A stretch of DNA of 37,478 nucleotides, from IMG/VR virus record IMGVR_UViG_3300031160_000004. One strand, written 5' to 3'. Position numbers and translations under genes: made by a program. Of this stretch, positions 25,504 through 34,195 are shown piece after piece (position 1 is the first letter of the stretch; every line of letters starts with the position of its first letter). The notes under the pieces are model-generated. The model saw only the letters and a program-made list of their open reading frames with translations. It had not been told where the DNA came from and did no database searches. The DNA comes from a virus.

Positions 25504-26882
25504 AGTATGTACCGCACAAATACCAGGAGTACGCCACGCAGCGGATCATTGACACGCCCTACATTGGGCTGTTTCTGGAGATGGGTTTGGGGAAGACCGT
25601 GGCTACGCTGACCGCCATTGACCTGCTACTGCATGACTATTTCGAGGTGGACCGCGTGTTGGTTATCGCGCCGCTTCGCGTGGCAGATGATACCTGGCCG
25701 CGGGAGATCGAAAAGTGGGACCACCTGCGGCATCTCCGGATATCGAAGGTGCTGGGAAGTGCGACGCAACGCCGGCGGGCGTTGGGAGTTGATGCTGACA
25801 TCTGGATCATCAATCGGGAAAACGTCGAGTGGTTGGTCAGTGAGTACGGCAGCAAATGGCCGTTCGATATGATCGTCATTGACGAGCTGAGCAGTTTCAA
25901 AAATCACCAGTCCAAACGGTTTCGAGCTCTTCGCCGCGTGCGGCCAATGATTCGGCGGGTGGTGGGTCTGACCGGCACACCGGCGCCTAATGGTTTGGTT
26001 GACCTGTGGCCACAAATTTACTTGCTGGATATGGGCGAGCGGCTGGGGAAGACGATCACGGGGTACCGGGATCGGTATTTCGTTCCGGGCGAGCGTAACG
26101 GCCATATCGTCTACAAGTGGCACGAGAAGAAAGAGGCGGAACAGCGGATTTATGAGGCGATCAGCGACATTGTGGTTAGCATGAAAGCGGAGGATTGGCT
26201 GGAGCTTCCGGAGAAGATCGAGCAGACGGTTCCAATTCGGATTTCCGGTCGTCCGTGGGAGTTGTACAAAAAATTGGAGCGTGACTTGCTTTTAGAATTC
26301 GCTGACGCAGATGTAGTTGCCCAGACAGCGGCAGTGCTGAGCAACAAGCTGTTGCAAATGGCTTCCGGCGCTGTCTACGACGAAGAACGAGGTGTGAAAC
26401 ATATTCACGATGCGAAATTGGATCAACTGGAGGACGATATCGAGGCAGCTAATGGTAAACCAGTGATGGTGTTTTACTACTACCAGCATTCATTGGACCG
26501 GATTCTTCAGAGGTTCCCGCAAGCAAGGGTTCTTCGGAAAGGTAAAGACGGGGTAGAAGACATTCGGGCATGGAACAATGACGAGATTCCGGTGCTTTGT
26601 TTGCACCCCAAGTCGGCTGGTCACGGACTTAACCTACAAGAATCCAGTTGTCAGACCTTAATTTGGTTTGATCAGATCTGGAGTCTGGAAGAGTACATGC
26701 AGGCGAATGCCCGGGTACATCGACAAGGGCAGACCAATCGGATCCTGATTCGTCGGTATGTAGCCGATGGAACAATGGATGAGGAAGCTGTCGAGGCGAT
26801 CGAGCGGAAGGAGAAAGGCCAGGAAGCGTTGATGCAAGCTGTGAAAGCGAGAATCAATCGTGTGAGGGAGGAATTGAAATGA
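25500..26882 (+). CDS. SNF2-family helicase
   Basis: LEMGLGKT, IVIDELSSFKN, LTGTPAPNGL, HRQGQT. The GTG start overlaps the upstream stop. Confidence 0.85.
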   Translation: MKYVPHKYQEYATQRIIDTPYIGLFLEMGLGKTVATLTAIDLLLHDYFEVDRVLVIAPLRVADDTWPREIEKWDHLRHLRISKVLGSATQRRRALGVDADIWIINRENVEWLVSEYGSKWPFDMIVIDELSSFKNHQSKRFRALRRVRPMIRRVVGLTGTPAPNGLVDLWPQIYLLDMGERLGKTITGYRDRYFVPGERNGHIVYKWHEKKEAEQRIYEAISDIVVSMKAEDWLELPEKIEQTVPIRISGRPWELYKKLERDLLLEFADADVVAQTAAVLSNKLLQMASGAVYDEERGVKHIHDAKLDQLEDDIEAANGKPVMVFYYYQHSLDRILQRFPQARVLRKGKDGVEDIRAWNNDEIPVLCLHPKSAGHGLNLQESSCQTLIWFDQIWSLEEYMQANARVHRQGQTNRILIRRYVADGTMDEEAVEAIERKEKGQEALMQAVKARINRVREELK

Positions 26883-27124
26883 GCGAACAACTGGAAGTAT
26901 ACCGGACATATGACCCAATCAATCACCCGACTCACTATGTAACCGGCGGAATTGAGACAATCGATTTCATGAAAGCGAAATTGAGTCGGGAAGGTTTCGA
27001 GGGCTACTTAGCGGGAAACGTCTTGAAATATATCAGTCGGTATCGGCAAAAGAACGGAGTGGAAGATCTGAAAAAGGCTAGATGGTATCTGGATAGGTTG
27101 ATCGAGGAGGTTGAGCGGGGATGA
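26879..27124 (+). CDS. DUF3310 family protein
   Basis: NHPTHYVTGGIETIDFM...GNVLKYISRYRQKNGVEDLKKARWYLDRLI is characteristic of DUF3310. Confidence 0.8.
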   Translation: MSEQLEVYRTYDPINHPTHYVTGGIETIDFMKAKLSREGFEGYLAGNVLKYISRYRQKNGVEDLKKARWYLDRLIEEVERG

Positions 27125-27282
27125 AATACGATCGACCGAAGGGCCACCGATACCGGCCTGTCGTGACAGTCCTCAAAGTCAAAAACGGCGTGCCGACCGT
27201 GATCCGGGTCTCCGGGCGTGAGTATGTGCTGCGGACGCCGGATCAGTTCAACCAGCGTAAGAAAGGAGCGGTGAGGCGATGA
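27121..27282 (+). CDS. Hypothetical 53-aa basic protein (not in the ORF track)
   Basis: ATGA overlaps at both ends (27121-27124 and 27279-27282). Reads MKYDRPKGHRYRPVVTVLKVKNGVPTVIRVSGREYVLRTPDQFNQRKKGAVRR. Confidence 0.55.
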   Translation: MKYDRPKGHRYRPVVTVLKVKNGVPTVIRVSGREYVLRTPDQFNQRKKGAVRR

Positions 27283-27716
27283 ATATCACCGAACTGATCG
27301 TCCAGTACAGCGACGGCATCCGCCACTTGGACAGCTACCGCCGATCTCTCAACCGGGACAACCCGGACGAAGCCGACGAGGCCCGCACCGTCACCGGCAT
27401 GCTTTCCGACATGCGTTACGCACTGGATTGGATGCGACGCGGCCGTCGTCCGGGTAGCCGGAAGGGAGCCGAGCGGAGGGATATCTACCGTCGACGGGAA
27501 TTGTTGGCGCAGGTGGAGCCATTGACCGAGGATGAGCGGAGGCGCCTGATCGATTGCGTGGCCGTGATGACGGAGCGAGAGTTGACCTGCTGGCTCTTGC
27601 ATATGGCGCATGGGTTGACACAGAATGAAATAGCTGATAGAATGAAAATATCGAGAGCATCTGTTCGTGTGTATCTCGAGCGGGCGAAAAGGAAGGTGCA
27701 AGAGAAAATTTCTTGA
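27279..27716 (+). CDS. Sigma-70 region-4-like late gene regulator
   Basis: LTERELTCWLLHMAHGLTQNEIADRMKISRASVRVYLERAKRKV is a LuxR/sigma region-4 HTH. Last gene before the packaging operon. Confidence 0.7.
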   Translation: MNITELIVQYSDGIRHLDSYRRSLNRDNPDEADEARTVTGMLSDMRYALDWMRRGRRPGSRKGAERRDIYRRRELLAQVEPLTEDERRRLIDCVAVMTERELTCWLLHMAHGLTQNEIADRMKISRASVRVYLERAKRKVQEKIS

Positions 27717-27720
27717 CAGC

Positions 27721-27764
27721 TTGTCGCCATTACGTCGCCTTTATGTCGCCCGTATGTCGCCAAA
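27721..27764 (+). repeat. Four helically phased 11-bp direct repeats (consensus TAYGTCGCC)
   Basis: GTCGCC starts at 27723, 27734, 27745 and 27756, exactly 11 bp apart. Preceded by a perfect TTGACA (27713-27718) that overlaps the regulator stop codon. Confidence 0.8.
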
Positions 27765-27781
27765 TTTACCGTAGCCTTTCT

Positions 27782-27807
27782 GCGCCCTTTTTTAGGGGCG
27801 CTTTTTG
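27782..27807 (+). terminator. Rho-independent terminator between the regulator/repeats and the late genes
   Basis: gcgccc-ttttttag-gggcgc followed by tttttg. A second weaker hairpin plus T-rich tract lies at about 27820-27850. Confidence 0.65.
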
Positions 27808-27942
27808 ATTATCCTGAGTCTCGCCGAATGGCGGGGCTCTTTCTTTATTTCGTTCGCCGCCTCGCTGGGTGGGGTGCAGCGCCCACCTCCTCCGCCGGGA
27901 CCGGTCCGGTGCGGGGCGGTTGTCCGGGACTGAGGTGATTCC

Positions 27943-28317
27943 ATGCGAAGACCTAAACGACCATGCAACCATCCCGGTTGTCGGAGACTTGTTGAAAAAG
28001 GATATTGTGACGAACATCGAAAACAACGTCATCAAGAATATGACCGCTGGCGCGGGTCGTCTGCAGAGCGCGGGTATGGACACAGGTGGCGGAAATATCG
28101 GGAGTGGTTTTTGAAGCAGCATCCACTTTGCGTGAGATGCCGCGAGGACGGAAAACTGGAACCGGCTACGGTGGTTGACCACAAAATACCTGTGACGGGT
28201 GCGGATGATCCGTTGTTCTGGGACACAGATAACCATCAGCCGATGTGCGATCGATGCCACAACATCAAGAGAGCGACAGAGGATAAGGAGACGTGGGCGA
28301 GGAGGCGTCAGGGGTAG
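27943..28317 (+). CDS. HNH endonuclease (terminase-associated)
   Basis: CDEH..., VDHKIP...NHQPMCDRCHNIK. Located directly upstream of terS/terL, as in HK97-type cos phages. Confidence 0.85.
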   Translation: MRRPKRPCNHPGCRRLVEKGYCDEHRKQRHQEYDRWRGSSAERGYGHRWRKYREWFLKQHPLCVRCREDGKLEPATVVDHKIPVTGADDPLFWDTDNHQPMCDRCHNIKRATEDKETWARRRQG

Positions 28318-28415
28318 GGGGGTCGAAAAAGCTGGGGGGTGTTTCAACTTGACCGCGCGCCCCCTCGCGTGCGCAAAAAAGTCCCCGATAAATTTTCGGA
28401 AAGGAGGGCAGCGGC

Positions 28416-28898
28416 GTGAATCAGGTCATTGATTTCACCAAAATGCAGATTGGCAAAAAAGGTGGCGGAAAACATTGGACCAAAAAGGAAGTCGAGGCCA
28501 GGAAGAACGCCGCCGCCAAGTTAACGAGAAAGAAAAAAGTCAATCTCAAAATGCCGGGGTGGCTTGACGAAGCGGCGCAAGCCGTTTGGAAAAAGACGCT
28601 CCGGGACATGAAAGAGTTCGACATATTAGATAAAGTCGATGAGGACGTTCTGGCTGCGTATTGTGATGCTGTTGCGCGACACAAAGAGTTATCGCAAATG
28701 ATTAGGGAAAAGGGTTATTACGTCATGAATGCGGCCGGATCGTTTGTTGAAGCACCTTGGGTTAAGACACAGCTTAGTTATGCAAGGCTGATCGTCCAAT
28801 ATTCGGACAAACTCGGGCTTAACGCAAACGCACGGGCGAGATTAGCGAAGAGAATAGCAGACGAGGAAGTTGATCCTAATGCAGATCTCTTCGACTGA
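28416..28898 (+). CDS. terS: Terminase small subunit, P27 family
   Basis: GTG start with an AAAGGAGGG RBS. AVWKKTLRDM..LDKVDEDVLAAYCDAVARHKEL ... YSDKLGLNANARARLA. Confidence 0.8.
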   Translation: MNQVIDFTKMQIGKKGGGKHWTKKEVEARKNAAAKLTRKKKVNLKMPGWLDEAAQAVWKKTLRDMKEFDILDKVDEDVLAAYCDAVARHKELSQMIREKGYYVMNAAGSFVEAPWVKTQLSYARLIVQYSDKLGLNANARARLAKRIADEEVDPNADLFD

Positions 28899-30699
28899 TC
28901 TGGAGCAACTTCACCCCACGCACCGCTATGCGGTCGAAGTAGTGAGTGGACTTCGAAAGCCCGTGTGTAAGCGAGAGTGGCAAGCGTGCGAGCGTCATCT
29001 AAAAGACTTGCAGCGCCAGGGAACCGAAGAGTTCCCTTTTGTTTTTGATGAGACTCGCGCGGATCGCATTTTCGACTGGTTCGAGAAATGCTGTCGGCAC
29101 GTCCGGGGGCCGTTCTCGGGGCAGTTGATAGAATTGCTCCCGTTTCAGAAGTTCGATCTTGGATGCTTGTTCGGATGGGTCCATAAAGACACTGGCCGCC
29201 GGAGATTCAAAAAGTCATTCAACATGCGTGCGCGGGGCAATGTCAAGTCAACCGAAATGTCTGGCATCGCGCTTTATGGGATGTGCGGTGACTGTGTTTA
29301 TCCTCCCGGACGACCTGATTTGCGGCGATATGAAGAATCGCCGGAAGTCGAATGTGCGGCAGTGGACAAGGAGCAGGCAAAACGGGTCTGGGGCGACGCA
29401 AAAGCGATGGGGGAGAAAAGCCCAGACATCCTGAAACGCCTTAGAATCCGCAGGACATACATCGAACATATCACGCGCGGCGGGCATCTCCGGCCCTTGT
29501 CAAAAGACACGAAAAACAAAGACGGCGGCGCGCCCTGCATGTTCATCATCGATGAATACCATGCACATCTGACGAGTGAAATTCATGACGTAGGCTGGTC
29601 ATCGTTCGGGAAACGGTGGCAATCGCTCATGGCGATCATCACGACGGCTGGAAAGGACGCCGAAAACAACCCGTGCAAAAAAGAATACGACATTTGCTGC
29701 AAAATCCTTGACGGCGAAATCGTGGACGAGAGCTATTTCGTAATGATCCGTGAACTTGACCCAGAAGATGACCCGCATGACGAAAGCGTTTGGCCGAAGG
29801 CAAATCCTGTTTTGCACGTGAAAAACGAATATTCGCAAGAACTGTATGAACAGATCAAACGTGAACACGACATCGCCTATGGGTCGGGCGACCCCGACAA
29901 AATCCGAGAGTTTCTGATTAAGCGCTGCAATCGTTGGCAAGCAGACAGTGAAAACAAATACATGTCTGGCTGCATGGACAAATGGAAGGCGCTGGGCATT
30001 CCGCGCAGTAAGTTCTTGGAGTTGGTTCGCAAACGCGAATGTTGGGTCGGCTTGGACTTGTCCAAACGGACTGACCTTACCGCAGACGGCTTTGTATTCA
30101 AACTGGATGGCAAAACGCCAGTTGAAACAAAGGCGGGAACCATATATCCGCTGTATGCTGTCTGTGCTCACGGGTTTATGCCATCCGAAGGAGTAACGAG
30201 ACACGAGCACTCCGACCGAGTGCCATATAAATACTGGGCAAAAGAAGGCTGGTGTACCATCACGGAGGGTTCCGTCACGGATTACCACTACATCAAAAGT
30301 CACATCCACGACCTTGAATTTGATGAGAAGTGGAAAATCCGTGAAATTTGTTATGACCCATACAACGGAACGCACTTGGCTACGGAGTTTGAAAGCGAAG
30401 GGTATGTGTGCGTTGAAATTCGCCAAGGGGTCCAAACACTTTCCGAACCGACGAAGTTTTTCCGTGAACTTGTCCTTCAGGGGAAGATTATTCACGACGG
30501 TAGCCCACTCTTGACGTGGTGCCTTTCGAATGCCGTGGAAGTGAAGGACAACAACGGAAATATCAAGTTGTCCAAAAAGCACAAAGATGACAGTCAACGT
30601 ATCGACCTAATTGCGGCCATTTTGAATGCTATGGTGCGTGCTATGGTCGATGAAAATAAGACGTCCGTTTATGAACGCCGTGGCGTCATCGTTATATAA
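28879..30699 (+). CDS. terL: Terminase large subunit (Terminase_1 family)
   Basis: About 606 aa. FIIDEYHAH (Walker B region). C-terminal nuclease region ..NGNIKLSKKHKDDSQRIDLIAAILNA. ATG 28879 after GAGGAAG (track start is TTG 28870). Confidence 0.85.
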   Translation: MQISSTDLEQLHPTHRYAVEVVSGLRKPVCKREWQACERHLKDLQRQGTEEFPFVFDETRADRIFDWFEKCCRHVRGPFSGQLIELLPFQKFDLGCLFGWVHKDTGRRRFKKSFNMRARGNVKSTEMSGIALYGMCGDCVYPPGRPDLRRYEESPEVECAAVDKEQAKRVWGDAKAMGEKSPDILKRLRIRRTYIEHITRGGHLRPLSKDTKNKDGGAPCMFIIDEYHAHLTSEIHDVGWSSFGKRWQSLMAIITTAGKDAENNPCKKEYDICCKILDGEIVDESYFVMIRELDPEDDPHDESVWPKANPVLHVKNEYSQELYEQIKREHDIAYGSGDPDKIREFLIKRCNRWQADSENKYMSGCMDKWKALGIPRSKFLELVRKRECWVGLDLSKRTDLTADGFVFKLDGKTPVETKAGTIYPLYAVCAHGFMPSEGVTRHEHSDRVPYKYWAKEGWCTITEGSVTDYHYIKSHIHDLEFDEKWKIREICYDPYNGTHLATEFESEGYVCVEIRQGVQTLSEPTKFFRELVLQGKIIHDGSPLLTWCLSNAVEVKDNNGNIKLSKKHKDDSQRIDLIAAILNAMVRAMVDENKTSVYERRGVIVI

Positions 30700-30746
30700 G
30701 GGGGTGATGGAAACTGAAAATCAGGATTCCGTTTACGAACCGATTT

Positions 30747-31943
30747 TTGAATATCACCACGCTTTCCAATCCTGACCGTTGGCTGGTTGAAGAACTCGGT
30801 GGTGGAAAGGTAAAATCAGGCGTCGTAGTGAATGAACAGTCCGCGCTTCGCGTCACGGCGTACTTGGCGGCAGTGAAAATCATCTCCGAGACGGTGGCGT
30901 CGCTCCCGCTGATCGTTTACCGGCGGATCCAACCCCGTGGGAAAGAACGTGCGCCGGATCATCCGTTGTATACCGTGCTACATGACCAAGCGAACAGCGA
31001 GATGACAGCCTATCAGTTCCGCGAAACGCTACAAGGTCACATATTGAACTGGGGCAACGGGTACGCGGAAATTGAGCGAGACGGTGCCGGCCGCGTAATT
31101 GGATTGTGGCCGCTCCTTCCTGATCGAACGTGGCCTGAACGGGATCAGGAGACGCAACGATTGCAATACCGCACGATACTTCCTGACGGACAACAGATTT
31201 TGCTTCCATCTGAACGAGTGTTGCATATTCCGGGCTTTGGTTTCGATGGTCTGGTCGGATACAACCCGGTGAAACTGGCGCGGGAAGCAATCGGGATGGC
31301 GCTGGCGGCTGAACAGTTCGGTGCCGATTTTTTTGGAAATGGCGCAAAACCATCTGGAATTGTTGAATATCCCGGAAGATTGAGCGATGAAGCATATAAG
31401 CGATATAAAGAAGAAGTGCAGGAAGCGCATGGCGGGCTTGGCAAGCAACATCGTTTGATGGTACTCGAAGAAGGCCTTAAGTACCATCAAGTCACAATTC
31501 CGCCTGAAGAAGCGCAGTTTCTTGAAACGAGAAAATTCCAAGTTGCTGAGATTGCCCGGATTTTTCGCGTTCCGCCGCATATGCTTGGTGACTTGGAACG
31601 GGCGACATTCTCGAATATTGAGCATCAAAGCATCGAGTTTGTCGTCCATACCATCCGACCGTGGCTAGTGCGCTGGGAACAGGCGATCCGAATGAAACTT
31701 TTAACTCCTGCCGAACGGCGGGAGTTTTTTGCTGAATTCCTTGTTGACGGCCTTCTGCGCGGTGATATCGAAAGCAGATACAATGCCTATGCTGTTGGCC
31801 GGCAAAATGGCTGGCTATCCGCCAACGACATCCGGGAAATGGAGAACATGAACCCGGTTCCTGGCGGGGATGTTTACATGGTCAATGGCAACATGGTGCC
31901 GATAGATCAGGCCGGGGAAGGTGGTGAGAACAACAATGGCTAA
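30747..31943 (+). CDS. Portal protein, HK97 family; the true start is probably upstream at 30714 (CTG)
   Basis: LSNPDRWL.., LRVTAYLAAVKIISETVASLPL, FRETLQGHILNWGNGYAEIE. TTG 30747 has no RBS. The frame is open from 30708, and a strong AGGGGGTGAT RBS sits 9 nt before CTG 30714. Confidence 0.85.
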   Translation: MNITTLSNPDRWLVEELGGGKVKSGVVVNEQSALRVTAYLAAVKIISETVASLPLIVYRRIQPRGKERAPDHPLYTVLHDQANSEMTAYQFRETLQGHILNWGNGYAEIERDGAGRVIGLWPLLPDRTWPERDQETQRLQYRTILPDGQQILLPSERVLHIPGFGFDGLVGYNPVKLAREAIGMALAAEQFGADFFGNGAKPSGIVEYPGRLSDEAYKRYKEEVQEAHGGLGKQHRLMVLEEGLKYHQVTIPPEEAQFLETRKFQVAEIARIFRVPPHMLGDLERATFSNIEHQSIEFVVHTIRPWLVRWEQAIRMKLLTPAERREFFAEFLVDGLLRGDIESRYNAYAVGRQNGWLSANDIREMENMNPVPGGDVYMVNGNMVPIDQAGEGGENNNG

Positions 31944-32700
31944 GTTTTGGAATTTCAAAAATCTGTCGGAAGAAGAAACCGAACTGCGAATCGAAGGTGA
32001 AATCGTAAGTGATGATGACGCCTGGATTTATGAATTTTTTGGCGTCCAACATGCCGCACCCAACGCATTCCGTCAAGCATTAGCCGAACATAGGGGCAAA
32101 AACCTCACAGTTTGGGTGGATTCCTGGGGTGGAGATGTATTCGCCGGAATCGGCATATACAATGCTATCAAGGAACACAAGGGTAAGGTTACGGTGAAGA
32201 TTGACGGAAAAGCGGTGTCAGCAGGCTCAATTATCGCAATGGCTGGCGATGAGGTATTGATGAGTCCCGGCAGTATGATGATGATCCATAACGTCTGGGG
32301 TGTGGCGGTGGGCGAAGCAAAAGATTTGCGGCACCAGGCTGATGTGTTTGATGAGATCAAAGAAGGGCTTATCAATATTTATCAAAATCGCACTGGTCTA
32401 AGCCGCAACAAAATTTCCCGCATGATGGACGAAGAAACATGGATGAGCGCGAGAAAAGCCATTGCGGATGGCTTTGCTGATGGGATGTTGTATACGACAA
32501 CACAGACTGACGACGAACCGTTGCAAAATGCCTTCTCATTGAGTCGCTTGGCGATCCAAAACAGCGCCGATACCGCAATGAGGCGGTTTTTTGAGCAGTG
32601 GCGGAAGATGCAACTGCCGGATAAACCAACACCCGAGCCGCAAAACAAGCGGCTTTTTAATTTGCGCCGGAAACGGCTTGAACTCATTGAAAAAATCTAA
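31936..32700 (+). CDS. Prohead maturation protease (ClpP-like, S14)
   Basis: VDSWGGDVFAG..IY, GKAVSAGSIIAMAGD, MMMIHN. The ATG 31936 start overlaps the portal 3' end. Confidence 0.85.
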   Translation: MAKFWNFKNLSEEETELRIEGEIVSDDDAWIYEFFGVQHAAPNAFRQALAEHRGKNLTVWVDSWGGDVFAGIGIYNAIKEHKGKVTVKIDGKAVSAGSIIAMAGDEVLMSPGSMMMIHNVWGVAVGEAKDLRHQADVFDEIKEGLINIYQNRTGLSRNKISRMMDEETWMSARKAIADGFADGMLYTTTQTDDEPLQNAFSLSRLAIQNSADTAMRRFFEQWRKMQLPDKPTPEPQNKRLFNLRRKRLELIEKI

Positions 32701-32716
32701 AGGAGAGTGGTCTGAG

Positions 32717-33943
32717 GTGAAGGAAATCCTCGATCTGCGGCAGAAGCGTGCCGCACTGGTAAACCAAGCCCGTGAAATTCTCGACCGGGCGGAAAAGGAA
32801 GAACGCAACCTTTCGGCAGACGAAGAAGCGCAGTATGACCGCATCATGAACGATGTGGAAGCCTTGCGCAAGGAAATCGAGCGAAAGGAACGTCTGCATG
32901 ATGCCGAGCGCGAACTGAATCAATCGCTTGGCGTTATTGCCGGCGGCCGGATTAACCCCGGTGCAAATGGGGAACCGGCTAATCTGCGGACCTCGAAAGA
33001 GTACCACGAAGCGTTCTGGACGGCGCTGAAAGCCGGTCGAAACGCGCTGACGGCGGATCAATACCGGATGTTGCAAGCGCCGGAAATCAAAAACCTGGTC
33101 ATCGGCACGGATGCCGCAGGTGGCTATCTGGTGCCGGACGAGTTCGAGCGCACGCTGGTGCAGAAGCTCGAAGAACAAAACGTCATGCGCCAACTAGCGA
33201 CGGTCATCACGACCGCTTCCGGTACGCGGGAGATCCCTGTCGAAGCCGACTACGGCACGGCGTCCTGGCTTGGTGAAACGGCGCAGTATCAAGAAAGCGA
33301 TGCGACGTTCTCCCAAGTGACGCTTGGCGCGTACAAACTCGGCACGATCATTAAAGTGTCCGAGGAGCTTTTGAACGACTCGGCATTCAACATCGACAAC
33401 TACGTTGCCAGCGCGTTCGCTCGCCGCTTCGCCAAAGCCGAAGAAGCCGCGTTTGTGAATGGTGACGGCTCGGGCAAACCGACTGGCGTCGTTCAGAGCG
33501 CCGAAGAAGGCAAGGTTGGAGCCGCCGCAAACGCTGTTACGGCTGACGAACTGTTCGATCTGTATCATGCCCTGCGCCGTCCGTATCGGCGGAACGCAAC
33601 CTGGCTGATGGCCGACAGCACGGCGAAGACTGTGCGGAAACTTAAAGACAACGACGGCCAATATTTGTGGCAACCTGGTCTGCAAGCCGGCCAACCCGAC
33701 GTCTTGCTTGGCCGCCCGGTGGCGATCTCTGACGACGTTCCGGCTATGGCTGCCAGCGCCAAGTCGATCCTGTTCGGCGACTTCTCCTACTACTGGATCG
33801 CCGACCGTGTTGGCCGCGTGATGCAGCGTCTGGATGAGCTGTACGCGGCGACGGGACAAGTCGGTTACCGGATGTACCAACGTGTTGACGGCAAGTTGAT
33901 CCTGCCGGAGGCTGTCAAATACTATCAAAACGCCGCGTCTTAA
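32717..33943 (+). CDS. Major capsid protein, HK97 family, with an N-terminal delta/scaffold-like coiled coil
   Basis: GTG 32717 after AAAGGAGAG. KEILDLRQKRAALVNQAREILDRAEKEERNLSADEEAQYDRIM..., then GGYLVPDEFE, and LILPEAVKYY at the C-terminus. Confidence 0.9.
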   Translation: MKEILDLRQKRAALVNQAREILDRAEKEERNLSADEEAQYDRIMNDVEALRKEIERKERLHDAERELNQSLGVIAGGRINPGANGEPANLRTSKEYHEAFWTALKAGRNALTADQYRMLQAPEIKNLVIGTDAAGGYLVPDEFERTLVQKLEEQNVMRQLATVITTASGTREIPVEADYGTASWLGETAQYQESDATFSQVTLGAYKLGTIIKVSEELLNDSAFNIDNYVASAFARRFAKAEEAAFVNGDGSGKPTGVVQSAEEGKVGAAANAVTADELFDLYHALRRPYRRNATWLMADSTAKTVRKLKDNDGQYLWQPGLQAGQPDVLLGRPVAISDDVPAMAASAKSILFGDFSYYWIADRVGRVMQRLDELYAATGQVGYRMYQRVDGKLILPEAVKYYQNAAS

Positions 33944-33982
33944 TTCTAGGGGGCCAATCGGCACCCTTTCCCTTAACAGGGG

Positions 33983-34195
33983 GTGATTGGACTGAAAGTC
34001 AAAATCAACGTTAGTATTGCATCGGCAGATTGGAGTTATCACCCGGGGCAGATCGTCGATCTTCCTGATGACACAGCAAAAACCTGGATCAAAAGCGGTA
34101 TAGCGGAGGTGGTTGATGATGGCGCTGAAGCTGATAACCCCTCCGGCAAGCGAGCCGGTAAGCCTGGACGAGGCAAAGGCGTATCTGCGGATTGA
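33983..34195 (+). CDS. Hypothetical small head-module protein; the start is possibly CTG 33992
   Basis: A 70-aa ORF. The annotated GTG lies inside the only RBS (AGGGGGTGAT), while CTG 33992 is 8 nt downstream of it. It overlaps the next gene by about 80 nt. Confidence 0.45.
   Translation: MIGLKVKINVSIASADWSYHPGQIVDLPDDTAKTWIKSGIAEVVDDGAEADNPSGKRAGKPGRGKGVSAD

Noticed and set aside
30707-30775. ATG 30707 as the portal start, or a programmed frameshift into the portal frame.
   Set aside because: It is out of frame with the portal, stops after 22 codons, and sits only 2 nt after the RBS G-run. There is no phased slippery heptamer. A homopolymer sequencing error cannot be excluded, but the CTG explanation is supported by a second identical context.
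33944-33982. A terminator after the major capsid gene (gggggcc-aatc-ggcaccc).
   Set aside because: The stem is 3+3 bp with a central mismatch and is followed by only three T residues. That is too weak to call.
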